Source: Kiritimatiellia bacterium (lineage in GTDB: Bacteria; Verrucomicrobiota; Kiritimatiellia; JAAZAB01). From it: a DNA stretch of 64,000 bases. The notes beneath the pieces were generated by a model. That model did not search any database, was not told where the DNA came from, and saw nothing but the letters and a program-made list of their open reading frames with translations. The DNA lies in NCBI GenBank assembly GCA_040767085.1, contig JAXGPF010000006.1, positions 288,001-352,000 of the forward strand. The letters run 5' to 3'. Made by a program: the position numbers and the translations under genes. Numbering within the stretch: the stretch's first letter is position 1; each line of letters opens with the position of its first letter. This document shows, piece by piece, positions 10,591 to 20,132 of the stretch.

Positions 10591-11502
10591 ATGGCGGTAC
10601 TGGATACAAGCTGCTATAAGGGCGCGGATGCCTATACCGACGGCCCGATTGAAGACGAGATGCTGGAACTGGCCGGCGCCGGGCCGGCGGCGCCGGCCTG
10701 GCTGGCGCGCGACAACCGCTGGCCGCTGCTTTGCCATTTCGCGCCCGAGCGGCGCAACCTGCTGGAATGGTTTCCCTTCCATCCCGCCGGGCGTTTGCTG
10801 GAAGTCGGCGCCGGCTGCGGCGCCCTGACCGGGCTGTTCTGCGAGAAAGTCGCCGAAGTGCAGGCGGTGGAACTGTCGCTCAAGCGCAGCCGCATCCTGC
10901 AGACGCGTTATGCCGGTTGCGCCAACCTGCGGATACGCGTGGGCAACGTGCTCGATCTGCCGCCGGACGGCGGCTTCGACTATATCACCCTGATCGGCGT
11001 CCTGGAGTATGCCGCCGCCTTCGTTCCCGAACCGCAGCCGCACCTGGCGCTGCTGCGGCGGCTGGCCGGCCAGCTCAAGCCGGAGGGCGTGTTGTTGCTG
11101 GCAATCGAGAACAAATTCGGCTTGAAATATTTCGCCGGGGCGCCGGAAGACCATACCGGCCGGCTCTTTGAAGGCATAGAAGGCTACCCCGGCGGCGGGG
11201 CGGTCCGCACATTTGCGCGGGATGAGTTGGACCGGCTGCTGGCGCAAGCCGGGTTCCAGCGCCGCGATTTTTACTATCCCTACCCCGACTATAAACTGCC
11301 CCGCGAAATTTTTTCCGACGCCTGGCTGCCGCCGCCGCATCACGTACTGCCGGACGCCCCCAATTACGACCACGAACGCCTGCGCATGCTGAGTGAAACC
11401 CGCGCGTGGGAAAACATCATCCGCGCCGGATATTTCCCGTTGTTCGCCAATTCGTTCCTCGTGGCGGCCAGCCCGCGGGAGACGCCGCCACGGGCAGATT
11501 GA
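10591..11502 (+). CDS. Class I SAM-dependent methyltransferase of the surface-glycan-cluster type
   Basis: LLEVGAGCGALT, FDYITLIGVLEYA, IENKFGLKYFAG and YYPYPDYKLP. Confidence 0.85.
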   Translation: MAVLDTSCYKGADAYTDGPIEDEMLELAGAGPAAPAWLARDNRWPLLCHFAPERRNLLEWFPFHPAGRLLEVGAGCGALTGLFCEKVAEVQAVELSLKRSRILQTRYAGCANLRIRVGNVLDLPPDGGFDYITLIGVLEYAAAFVPEPQPHLALLRRLAGQLKPEGVLLLAIENKFGLKYFAGAPEDHTGRLFEGIEGYPGGGAVRTFARDELDRLLAQAGFQRRDFYYPYPDYKLPREIFSDAWLPPPHHVLPDAPNYDHERLRMLSETRAWENIIRAGYFPLFANSFLVAASPRETPPRAD

Positions 11503-11560
11503 GGCGGGCGGATTTGTGTGTTGGTATGTGGGTTAGCGAGCATGGGAGGGCGGGAGAAAT

Positions 11561-12217
11561 ATGAAAACGAAAATTCGAGACATGCAAAGTCAAATTGCCG
11601 CTTCCATCGCCTTGAAACGCCGGTTGCTGGCCCAGCCGCGGATTTTAAACCAACTGGCGGAATTGGCGGCGGCGGCGGCGGCGGTTTTCCGGAACGGCGG
11701 CCGGCTGCTGCTGGCCGGCAACGGAGGCAGCGCCGCGGATGCCCAGCACATCGCCGGCGAACTGGTGGGCCGGTTCATGCGGGAGCGGGGCGCCCTGCCC
11801 GCCCTGGCGCTTTCCACCGACAGCTCCATTCTCACCGCACTCGGCAATGATTATGCCTTCGATATCGTCTTCGCCCGGCAGGTGGAAGCCCAGGGCCGGC
11901 GCGGCGACATGCTGCTGGGTATTTCCACTTCCGGCAATTCCGCCAACGTGGTTCGGGCGCTGCAAACCGCCCGCGCCATGGGTTTGATTACCGCCGGCCT
12001 GACGGGCCAGGGCGGCGGCAAGATGGCGCCGCTCTGCGATTACTGCATCCGCATCCCATCCCGCGAGACACCGCGCGTACAGGAAAGCATGCTGCTGCTG
12101 GAACACATTTTCTGCGGGATGATCGAGGATGCCCTGTTCCCGGCCGCGGCCCCAAACCCGCGCGGCAGAGGCCCGGCGCGGCGGCCGGCGGCGGCGCGCC
12201 GCTCCGGGAGCCGCTAA
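11561..12217 (+). CDS. gmhA: D-sedoheptulose-7-phosphate isomerase
   Basis: GNGGSAADAQH, GNDYAF, ISTSGNS and TPRVQE. Confidence 0.92.
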   Translation: MKTKIRDMQSQIAASIALKRRLLAQPRILNQLAELAAAAAAVFRNGGRLLLAGNGGSAADAQHIAGELVGRFMRERGALPALALSTDSSILTALGNDYAFDIVFARQVEAQGRRGDMLLGISTSGNSANVVRALQTARAMGLITAGLTGQGGGKMAPLCDYCIRIPSRETPRVQESMLLLEHIFCGMIEDALFPAAAPNPRGRGPARRPAAARRSGSR

Positions 12218-13242
12218 TCCGCGGACCGGGGCCAGATCAAAGCCTGCATGGCCTGTTTTAATTCCGCGAGTCCCGTTGCCGCGCGGGCGGAGATGGGCAG
12301 CGGCTGGATGCCGGTCGCGCTTTGAAATTCCGCCAGGTTGGCCGCGGCCTCCGGCAAGTCCATTTTATTGGCGGCCACCAGCCGGGGGCGTTGTAGCAAA
12401 TCGGCGCGGTAGAGGCGCAGTTCTTCCAGCAGGTTGCGGTAATCATCCGCCGGCGGCCGCCCTTCCGTGCCGGCCATATCCAGCACCAACAGCAGGGCGC
12501 GCGCTCGTTCCACGTGGCGCAGAAAATCGGTGCCCAGTCCGGCGCCGGCGTGGGCGCCGGGAATCAAGCCGGGTATGTCCACCACCCGCAGTTCCCGGTA
12601 GCCTTCCTCATACTTGACCGTGCCGATCACCGGGTTCAGGGTGGTGAAAGGATACGCGGCGATGCGCGGGTGGGCATGGCTGATTTTGCCAATCAGCGTT
12701 GATTTGCCGGCGTTGGGGAAACCGATCAGGCCGATATCGGCGATGATTTTCAGATCGAAGCGGAGTTGCCGGGCTTCGCCCGAGGCGCCGCTGGTATGTT
12801 CGCGCGGCGCCTGGTGCGTGCTGGTTTTCCAATGGCAATTGCCCAGCCCGCCCCGGCCGCCGGCGGCAATCTGCAGCCGCGCGCCATCCTCGAGCAACGT
12901 TCCTATCAGGGTCTCCGATTCCAGGTCGCGGATTTCCGTGCCACAGGGTACTTTGATCGTCAAATCCCGGCCGTTGCGCCCATATTGCTGCTTGCCCCGG
13001 CCATGCTCGCCATCGCCGGCGCGCTGCTGTGGCTGGAAATACAAGGCGACCAGGGAATCCACGTTGCGGTCGGCCTCGGCAAAGACATGCCCGCCGCGTC
13101 CGCCGTCGCCGCCATCGGGGCCGCCGCGCGGAACAAATTTTTCACGGCGGGAACTGGCGCATCCGTCCCCGCCCGCTCCGGCGGCGACGCGGACGGCCAC
13201 GGAATCAACGAACCGGCGGCTTTTTAACCTGCGGGGGCACAC
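12214..13242 (-). CDS. obgE: GTPase ObgE/CgtA
   Basis: [33 protein letters not shown] and NKMD; follows rplU-rpmA. Confidence 0.95.
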   Translation of the reverse strand: MCPRRLKSRRFVDSVAVRVAAGAGGDGCASSRREKFVPRGGPDGGDGGRGGHVFAEADRNVDSLVALYFQPQQRAGDGEHGRGKQQYGRNGRDLTIKVPCGTEIRDLESETLIGTLLEDGARLQIAAGGRGGLGNCHWKTSTHQAPREHTSGASGEARQLRFDLKIIADIGLIGFPNAGKSTLIGKISHAHPRIAAYPFTTLNPVIGTVKYEEGYRELRVVDIPGLIPGAHAGAGLGTDFLRHVERARALLLVLDMAGTEGRPPADDYRNLLEELRLYRADLLQRPRLVAANKMDLPEAAANLAEFQSATGIQPLPISARAATGLAELKQAMQALIWPRSAD

Positions 13243-13481
13243 GCGTTAATCCGGACCCTTTTGCCGTTTTTTTCGAATTTCACCAGGCCGGCCTGCAAGG
13301 CAAACAGGGTGTTGTCGCGGCCCTGTCCCACGCCGAGGCCTGGCAAAATTTTCGTGCCGCGCTGGCGGACGATGATGCTGCCGATGGTGACGCACTGCCC
13401 GTCAAAACATTTCACGCCCAACCGCCGGCCGGCGCTGTCGCGGCCGTTGCGGGCACTCCCGCCGCTTTTTTTCGTTGCCAT
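13224..13481 (-). CDS. rpmA: 50S ribosomal protein L27
   Basis: [24 protein letters not shown] and IIVRQRGTK. Confidence 0.97.
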   Translation of the reverse strand: MATKKSGGSARNGRDSAGRRLGVKCFDGQCVTIGSIIVRQRGTKILPGLGVGQGRDNTLFALQAGLVKFEKNGKRVRINACAPAG

Positions 13482-13526
13482 GGAAAAATGCTCCCAGTTG
13501 CCCCGCGCCGGCGGCGCGAGGCCCGA

Positions 13527-13838
13527 TTACACGCTTTCGATTTTTAACACGGTCTGTTCCTGGCGATGGCCCTGCTTGCGGTTGTAACCCTTGCGCCGTT
13601 TCTTGCGGAAGGCCACAACCTTGCCGCCGCGCAGGTGCTCCACCACCGTGGCCACTACTTCCGCCTGCTCGACATACGGACGGCCGACAGTCAAAGTCGC
13701 GCCATCCGACACCGCCAGCACCGGTTGGATGGTGATCCGCGCGCCCACTTCCGCCGGTAAACGCTCAACGCGCAAGGTGTCCGACGCCTGTACCCGGTAT
13801 TGTTTTCCGCCGGTTTCCACAACTGCATAAGCTTTCAT
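13527..13838 (-). CDS. rplU: 50S ribosomal protein L21
   Basis: MKAYAVVETGGKQYRV...KKRRKGYNRKQGHRQ; GGAG RBS upstream. Confidence 0.97.
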   Translation of the reverse strand: MKAYAVVETGGKQYRVQASDTLRVERLPAEVGARITIQPVLAVSDGATLTVGRPYVEQAEVVATVVEHLRGGKVVAFRKKRRKGYNRKQGHRQEQTVLKIESV

Positions 13839-13995
13839 GATCACTCCTGCTTGATTCCGCCTGGGCGGCGGCAGACAAACATGGCACAGCCGCAATTGCA
13901 ACGCCGGATGCCTGGCCCGCGCGCCGGCGGTAACCGCGCGCGCCGTTGGCCGCGCCCGGCTCCGGATCCCTGCCGTGTCATTCAGTAAAGCGTTA

Positions 13996-14023
13996 AAAGT
14001 AGCAAAAAGGCGTAAAATGTCAA
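13996..14023 (-). promoter_or_regulatory. Sigma70-type promoter for rplU-rpmA-obgE
   Basis: Minus strand TTGACA, 16 bp spacer, TACTTT with extended TGn, in an AT-rich intergenic region. Confidence 0.65.
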
Positions 14024-14037
14024 TTATGAAAATTTTA

Positions 14038-14065
14038 TTGCTTTGCGGACGGGAAACCGTATCTT
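14038..14065 (+). promoter_or_regulatory. Candidate sigma70-type promoter for the 14117 gene
   Basis: TTGCTT, 16 bp spacer, TATCTT; divergent from the rplU promoter. Confidence 0.4.
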
Positions 14066-14116
14066 GTCCAACACTGGTGTCCGGCTTGTCCCGGCGTTGA
14101 TGACGGATCCTGCCGT

Positions 14117-14626
14117 ATGAGTCCATTCGCACATGTCGCTGTTTCCACCGCGCTGGGGGGCGTCCTCTGGCTGGCGTTAAAATCCTTCCCGGCGGGGCTG
14201 GCCTGCCTGCTGGCAGGCGTGCTGGTGGATTTGGACCACCTGCTGGATTACGTTTACAATCACGGTTGGCGGCCCCGGCCCCGCCATTTCCTGAAGACTT
14301 TCAAAAACGACATCCTGCGGCGCATCATCGTTTTGCTGCACTCCTGGGAACTGGCGCCCCTGGCCGTGCTGGCCGTCTGGCGCAGCGGCTGGCACCCGGT
14401 CGGCATCGGCCTGCTGGCGGGCGCGCTGACGCACCTGGCGCTGGACCAGATCTGCAACCGCCATAACCCGCTGGCTTATTTCCTGATTTACCGGCTACGC
14501 CACCGGTTCGCCAGCCGGCCGTTTTACGGCCGGGACGAATACCGGCGCCGCCTGCGCCGGCAGCGCGAACATGACCGCATCCGGCAGGGCGCCCCGCCGC
14601 CAAACCGGGTTCTGCCGCCGCCGTAA
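14117..14626 (+). CDS. Small membrane protein resembling membrane-bound metal-dependent hydrolases
   Basis: Hydrophobic segments with H, DLDH, LHSWE and THLALD motifs. Confidence 0.65.
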   Translation: MSPFAHVAVSTALGGVLWLALKSFPAGLACLLAGVLVDLDHLLDYVYNHGWRPRPRHFLKTFKNDILRRIIVLLHSWELAPLAVLAVWRSGWHPVGIGLLAGALTHLALDQICNRHNPLAYFLIYRLRHRFASRPFYGRDEYRRRLRRQREHDRIRQGAPPPNRVLPPP

Positions 14627-14722
14627 CATCCAGCAGCCGGCGGCCAACCTGCCGGCAACGCCGCCATCAATCAAAAGACCGAAAGAGCAGCAGCATGCGT
14701 GATATCAACCAGGAGGTTTCAA

Positions 14723-15757
14723 ATGTCGAAGCTGACCGCACCCAGAATCGCCGCCGCCGGGATTTCAGGCCTGACACTGCTGACCGCGCTGAACGCGCCG
14801 GCCCAGTGGCCGGCACACGTCGCGGAAGTAAAAATCGCCAGTTCGGCCGACGGCGCCGAACAGCCCGCCATGTTTTACGCGCCGGCCGGAACCAACCCCG
14901 TTCCCTTGCTGGTGTCGCTGCATACCTGGAGCAGCAATTACCGGCAGGTTGCCGCCGCCCGCGCTAACTGGTGCCTGGCTCGCGATTGGGCCTTCGTGCA
15001 TCCGAACTTCCGCGGGCCGAATAAAACGCCGGACGCCATGGGCTCGGAACTGGCGGTCCAGGACATTCTCGACGCCGTGGCTTACGCCAGAACCCGGGCC
15101 GCCATTGACGGCTCCCGGATTTACCTGTTGGGATTTTCCGGCGGCGGTTATGCGGCCCTGCTGCTGGCCGGGCGCGCCCCGGATGTCTGGGCCGGCGTAT
15201 CCGCCTGGTGCGGGATCTCCGATCTTAAAAAATGGCATTCCCAGAGCCGCGGTTACGGGCGCAACATCGAAGCCGCGGTTCAGGGCAATCCCCAGGATGA
15301 TACCCGGGCCGCCGCGGAATGCCTGCGCCGCTCGCCCGTGGCCTGGCTGGACCAGGCCCGCGGCATTCCCATCGATATCGCCGCCGGCATCCATGACGGC
15401 CACACGGGCAGCGTGCCGGTCAGCCAAAGCCTGGAAGCCTTCAATCTGCTGGCCGATCCCGGCGCCCGGCTGGCGGAAGCGGATATCGCCGTCATCACCC
15501 GCGAGCAAGCCGTTCCAGCCCACCTCCAGGCGGAGGGTGGCGGCCTGTTATTAAAATTAAACAAAATACCGATCCATTTCCGACGCCAGTCGGGCAATGC
15601 GCGGGTCACGATATTCGAAGGCGGACACCAGGGCCTGGACGGAGTGGCGCTACCCTGGCTCGCCTTGCAGCGCAAGGGCGCATCGGCGATTTGGACCGCC
15701 GCTGACCCGCCCGCGGACGCGCCAGTGGATTTGGATGCGGCTGCCACCGGAAAATAA
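14723..15757 (+). CDS. Secreted alpha/beta hydrolase (prolyl oligopeptidase/esterase family)
   Basis: AGGAGG RBS, signal peptide, LHTWS, nucleophile GFSGGG, HDGHTGSV and FEGGH. Confidence 0.8.
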   Translation: MSKLTAPRIAAAGISGLTLLTALNAPAQWPAHVAEVKIASSADGAEQPAMFYAPAGTNPVPLLVSLHTWSSNYRQVAAARANWCLARDWAFVHPNFRGPNKTPDAMGSELAVQDILDAVAYARTRAAIDGSRIYLLGFSGGGYAALLLAGRAPDVWAGVSAWCGISDLKKWHSQSRGYGRNIEAAVQGNPQDDTRAAAECLRRSPVAWLDQARGIPIDIAAGIHDGHTGSVPVSQSLEAFNLLADPGARLAEADIAVITREQAVPAHLQAEGGGLLLKLNKIPIHFRRQSGNARVTIFEGGHQGLDGVALPWLALQRKGASAIWTAADPPADAPVDLDAAATGK

Positions 15758-15805
15758 CCCCCCGGCAACGGATACCGCAAACGGCCAACAACGGCGGACC
15801 ACCGC

Positions 15806-17059
15806 TCAACGTCCGCAACAATGTTTGAATTTCCGCCCGCTGCCGCAGGGGCACGGCGCATTCCGTCCCGGCGGCATGGGGGCCGTCTCCGCCGGCGGGC
15901 CGGCGCTGACAACTGCGGCCAGCCGCCGCAATTCCGGCAAAGCATGCCGAAAAAAAACACGCCAGCCCGCGCAGAGCCGGCTGATTTCCTCGCCTGACGG
16001 GCCGCGGTGCTTGGGGCAATCGCCCGCGCAGAATTCCAACCACGGACAAGCATCGCAGGCCGCCGGAAGGCGCCGCTTGCGCCGGCCGAATTCCTCATAA
16101 CGCGGAGATTGGCGGAGTTGTCCCCAGGTATCCTCGTTTATGTTGCCCAGCCGCCAGCGCGGTTCCGCGAAAAAATCGCAGGGATACACATCGCCATTAT
16201 GTTCCACCATAAAGTATTGCCGGCAATCGTCTTCCATGGCGCACAGCCCGGCCGGCTGGCGCAGAATGCGCGCCAGCATCGAGTCGAAAAGGCGGATCGA
16301 AACCCGGCCGGCATCCGGCCGCCAGCAATCGAACAACTCGCAGAGGAAATCGCCCCATTCCGCGCCGGTAATGGCAAACGGCTGCCGCCCGCCCTGCGTA
16401 TCATATTCGACACACGGAATATATTGCTGATAAGCAAACCCCGCCCCGCACAAATACCGGTAAACCGCAGATGCCCGGCGGACATTGGCCGCCGTGACCA
16501 GGGTGAGAATGTTGAACTCCGCGCGCTGGCGGCGCAAACAGGCGATTCCGCGCATCACCGCGGCATGCGACCCGGAAGCCGGCGCCGCGGCGCGGCGATA
16601 ACAATCGTGAATTTCCGGCGGACCATCCAGGCTGACGCCCACCAGGAAACGGTACCGGGCCAGGCAGGCGGCGAAAGCATCATCCAGCAGCATGGCATTG
16701 GTTTGCAAGCCATTGGCGACCACGGCGCCGCGGCGTCCGTATTTTTGCTGTAAACGCGTAACAGCCTGAAAAAAATCCAAGCCCATCAGCGTGGGTTCCC
16801 CGCCCTGCCAGCCGAAAATGTGCTGCGGCATATCCAAGGCCATGTATCCCGCAATCAACTGTTCCAGCGTCGCCAGGCGCATGCGCGGTGCCGTTTCCCC
16901 GGGATACAAAGCGGCGCAGCGGCGGTAAAAGCAATACGCGCATTGCAAATTGCAGTCAGCGCCCGCCGGCTTGACCAGCAGGGAAAAAGTTTTCGGGTGC
17001 GGCTTGGCCGCCGCCGATCCATCAGCCGTCTTCAGCGGTCCATGTGATTCACCGTTCAT
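15806..17059 (-). CDS. Anaerobic sulfatase maturase (radical SAM/SPASM) with C-terminal SEC-C motif
   Basis: KPAGADCNLQCAYCFY, WQGGEPTL, LQTN, SLDG, GDVYPCD, CxxCxxxxxCxxxC and GRNAPCPCGSGRKFKHCC. Confidence 0.9.
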   Translation of the reverse strand: MNGESHGPLKTADGSAAAKPHPKTFSLLVKPAGADCNLQCAYCFYRRCAALYPGETAPRMRLATLEQLIAGYMALDMPQHIFGWQGGEPTLMGLDFFQAVTRLQQKYGRRGAVVANGLQTNAMLLDDAFAACLARYRFLVGVSLDGPPEIHDCYRRAAAPASGSHAAVMRGIACLRRQRAEFNILTLVTAANVRRASAVYRYLCGAGFAYQQYIPCVEYDTQGGRQPFAITGAEWGDFLCELFDCWRPDAGRVSIRLFDSMLARILRQPAGLCAMEDDCRQYFMVEHNGDVYPCDFFAEPRWRLGNINEDTWGQLRQSPRYEEFGRRKRRLPAACDACPWLEFCAGDCPKHRGPSGEEISRLCAGWRVFFRHALPELRRLAAVVSAGPPAETAPMPPGRNAPCPCGSGRKFKHCCGR

Positions 17060-17132
17060 GGGGTGCAGTGTTCAGGATGCATGTCCTCTGTGCCTTTGCC
17101 CCTTTAACACAGCGTTCGGCGTTCAGCGGCAC

Positions 17133-17164
17133 AAAACCTTAAAACCGTAAAACTTTAAACCTTT
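17133..17164. repeat. Degenerate 8-bp tandem repeat, four copies
   Basis: aaaacctt aaaaccgt aaaacttt aaaccttt, preceded by gcgttcg/gcgttca 7-mers. Confidence 0.55.
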
Positions 17165-17326
17165 ATATCCATTCAACGGCGCTTGCTGTTGCAAAATACG
17201 CTTGGGCGGCTGTAAGCGTCAAGCAATTTGCGGCAAAGCCCTTGCAAAGTGCGCGCCGAAAATGTAAATTGCAATCCAGATTTTGCCGCATTGAAGCGAC
17301 CGCTGCCGGAAAATGACGGGGAGCAT

Positions 17327-18844
17327 ATGAGCAGCCGCATTGGCTTTGACAACCAGCGTTATCTGCGGGAGCAAACCCAGGCCATCCTGGAGCGCGCGGA
17401 CCATTTCGGACAGAAACTCTACCTGGAATTCGGCGGCAAGCTGTTTTTCGACTACCACGCCGCGCGCGTGCTGCCGGGTTATGACCCGAACGTCAAAATC
17501 CGGCTTCTGCACGGGCTGCGCGAACAGGCCCAGATTCTGCTCTGCATTCATGCCGGCGCCATCGAGCAGAAAAAAATGCGCGCCGATTTCGGCATCACCT
17601 ATGATACCGATGCCCTGAAACTGATTGACGACCTGCGCGACTGGCAAATCGAGCTATGCGCGGTGGTGATCACCCGCTACGATGATCAGCCCGGCGCCGT
17701 GCTATTCAAAAATAAACTCGAACGCCGCGGCGTACGCGTTTGCACGCACCGCCCCACCCGCGGCTACCCGACGGATGTGGACCTGATCGTCAGCGAGCGC
17801 GGCTACGGCGCCAACGAATTCATCCCGACAACCAAGCCGCTGGTCGTCATCACCGGCCCCGGCCCGGGCAGCGGCAAACTGGCGACCTGCCTGAGCCAGA
17901 TTTACCACGAGCAGAAACATGGCGTGCAGGCCGGCTACGCTAAATTTGAGACCTTCCCTATCTGGAACCTGCCCCTCAATCACCCGGTGAACATCGCCTA
18001 CGAAGCCGCCACCGCCGACTTGCAGGACGTCAACATGATCGACCCGTTCCACCTGGAAGCCTGCCAGGTCACCGCCATTAATTACAACCGTGATATCGAA
18101 GCCTTCCCCATCGTCCGGAAAATCCTGCGGCATATCGCCGGCCGGGAGCCCCTGTACCGCTCGCCGACAGAGATGGGGGTCAACCGCGTGGCCTGCGGCA
18201 TCACCGACGACGCCGTGGTCAGAGAAGCCGCCGGCGCGGAGGCGATCCGGCGCTATTTCCGCTATGCCTCGGAATACGCCATGGGATTCGTGGATAAACC
18301 CACGGTCGCCCGCGCCGCCCGACTCCTGGAAACGCTGCACCTGGCCCCCGAAGACCGCCCGGTAGTCCTCCCCGCCCGGCAAGCCGCGCGCGATGCGCAA
18401 GCGTCCGGCAAGGGACATGACGGCATTTATTGCGGCGCCGCCATGGCCCTGCCCGACGGCGCGCTGGTGACTGGCAAGAATTCACCCCTGATGCACGCAG
18501 CTTCCAGCCTGATTTTAAACGCCGTCAAACAACTGGCAGGCATGCCGGACAAACTGCACATTCTTTCCCCCAACATCACCGAGGCCGTCGCCCGCCTGAA
18601 ACACGACATCCTCTCCGGCCGCAACCCCAGCCTGGACCTTGACGAAACCCTGATCGCCCTCAGCATCAGCGCCACCAATAACCCCACGGCGCAATTATGC
18701 CTGGAAAAACTCAAAGACCTGCGCGGCTGCGACGTGCACATGACCCATATCCCCACCCCGGGCGACGAAGTGGGTTTGCGCCGCCTGGGCGTGCACCTTA
18801 CCACCGATCCTAATTTCTCCACCAACGACCTTTACGTCGGTTGA
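17327..18844 (+). CDS. DUF1846 / UPF0371 family P-loop protein
   Basis: KLYLEFGGKL.DYHAARVLPG, GPGPGSGKLATCLSQ, GYAKFETFPIWNLPL.HPVN.AYEAATADL and NYNRDIE.F. Confidence 0.85.
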   Translation: MSSRIGFDNQRYLREQTQAILERADHFGQKLYLEFGGKLFFDYHAARVLPGYDPNVKIRLLHGLREQAQILLCIHAGAIEQKKMRADFGITYDTDALKLIDDLRDWQIELCAVVITRYDDQPGAVLFKNKLERRGVRVCTHRPTRGYPTDVDLIVSERGYGANEFIPTTKPLVVITGPGPGSGKLATCLSQIYHEQKHGVQAGYAKFETFPIWNLPLNHPVNIAYEAATADLQDVNMIDPFHLEACQVTAINYNRDIEAFPIVRKILRHIAGREPLYRSPTEMGVNRVACGITDDAVVREAAGAEAIRRYFRYASEYAMGFVDKPTVARAARLLETLHLAPEDRPVVLPARQAARDAQASGKGHDGIYCGAAMALPDGALVTGKNSPLMHAASSLILNAVKQLAGMPDKLHILSPNITEAVARLKHDILSGRNPSLDLDETLIALSISATNNPTAQLCLEKLKDLRGCDVHMTHIPTPGDEVGLRRLGVHLTTDPNFSTNDLYVG

Positions 18845-18943
18845 TTCTGATCTTTCATAATGCCATGACACCCCCAACCTGTTTCCGGTCAAATGTGAGA
18901 AAATGAAAAAACTCTCATGTTACATCGGGACCAAGGGATTTAA

Positions 18944-18956
18944 TATCAACTGATTG
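18944..18956 (+). promoter_or_regulatory. IHF-type binding site
   Basis: TATCAACTGATTG matches WATCAANNNNTTR exactly, about 40-50 bp upstream of a sigma54 motif. Confidence 0.55.
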
Positions 18957-18995
18957 CCCAATAAAACACTGGATTAACCATGTCATGATCTGACA

Positions 18996-19011
18996 TGGCA
19001 TAATTTCTGCT
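18996..19011 (+). promoter_or_regulatory. Sigma54 (-24/-12) promoter for the minor-pilin cluster
   Basis: TGGCATAATTTCTGCT has the GG-N10-GC spacing of TGGCAC-N5-TTGC. Confidence 0.65.
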
Positions 19012-19070
19012 CTTAAAGCGGTGTAAGGTTTCGTTTGCCTTTTCCCGGTGTCCGGTCTATATTGTTCATT

Positions 19071-19493
19071 ATGAAGAAAGGTTTTACGCTGGTGGAAGTG
19101 TTAATTGCTGCGGCGTTGCTGGCGATTACCATCGGGGCTCTGCTCACGGCAATCATGACGGCGCGACGGTCGGCGCTGGTGTCGGGCACGCGTTTGGCGG
19201 CAATGCAGGTGGCGCGCCAGCAAATGGAGACGTTGTTGAATTATCCTTTCAGCGCGGCAACGCAATTGAGTTTCGGCGCGCACACGATTCCGCCGGTAAC
19301 GCAATTGATCTATGGCACGCATTCTACCGCCACCGGTGTGTTTTACGGGAATTATATCGTTTCCAGTAATGCGCAGTTTTCAAGCATGTTGGTTAAAAAC
19401 ATCAGTTTGACGATTTTCTGGACGAACGCCGGCTTGCGCTGGTCGTCCAGCGTCAGCCTGAATGGTTCCATCAGCAGGCCATTGCACCCATGA
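19071..19493 (+). CDS. Prepilin-type protein, PilV/GspI-like (triplet 1)
   Basis: MKKG-FTLVEVLIAAALLAI class III signal with E5; about 140 aa. Confidence 0.85.
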   Translation: MKKGFTLVEVLIAAALLAITIGALLTAIMTARRSALVSGTRLAAMQVARQQMETLLNYPFSAATQLSFGAHTIPPVTQLIYGTHSTATGVFYGNYIVSSNAQFSSMLVKNISLTIFWTNAGLRWSSSVSLNGSISRPLHP

Positions 19494-20110
19494 TCAATTT
19501 ACGGCACATTTGGCGCCGCGCCGGCCGGCCGACGCGGCGGCGGCGCGCTGGTTTTACCATGACGGAACTGATGGTTGCCGCCGGCATTTTCAGCCTGGTG
19601 TCAGCGGGCGCCATCAGCCTCTACCTGGTGTGCCAAAGGGTCTGGCATGCCACAACCATGAACATCCATGCCACGCGCGAAGTCAGCCTGGCTTTGAACA
19701 AAATAGTTTACGGAATGGGCACCAACCTCGGCCTGCGGGCCGCCATCCGCGTGACGCTGCAAACCAATTGCAGCGGCTGGCGCGCCGGCGCGGGGTATCC
19801 CCTGGCGGCCAACAGCACGTCCCATGGCATCACCGCCGCCGGCACGCCGGACGGCAGTTGGCGGATGGTGGTGCTGAACACCAACGGCACCCAATGGATA
19901 GACTACAATATCAAAGCGAGCAACCTCGTTTTCTGGCCCGTCCCCAACGCCACCAACAGCCGGCTGCAGCTCGGTAATTATATTGCCAGCGCGCAGGTGG
20001 CGACAAACCTGGACGGGGTCAACATCAGCCTGACGGCCGTGCGGCGGCATGGGCAGTTGCGCGGCGCTTACGGGGCATCTACCTTCATCAATTTGCGCAA
20101 TCGTAATTAA
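19490..20110 (+). CDS. Prepilin-type protein, PilW/GspJ-like (triplet 1)
   Basis: RRRRAG-FTMTELMVAAGIF; overlaps the previous stop (ATGA). Confidence 0.82.
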   Translation: MINLRHIWRRAGRPTRRRRAGFTMTELMVAAGIFSLVSAGAISLYLVCQRVWHATTMNIHATREVSLALNKIVYGMGTNLGLRAAIRVTLQTNCSGWRAGAGYPLAANSTSHGITAAGTPDGSWRMVVLNTNGTQWIDYNIKASNLVFWPVPNATNSRLQLGNYIASAQVATNLDGVNISLTAVRRHGQLRGAYGASTFINLRNRN

Positions 20111-20132
20111 CCCAGACCATGCGTTGCATCCG

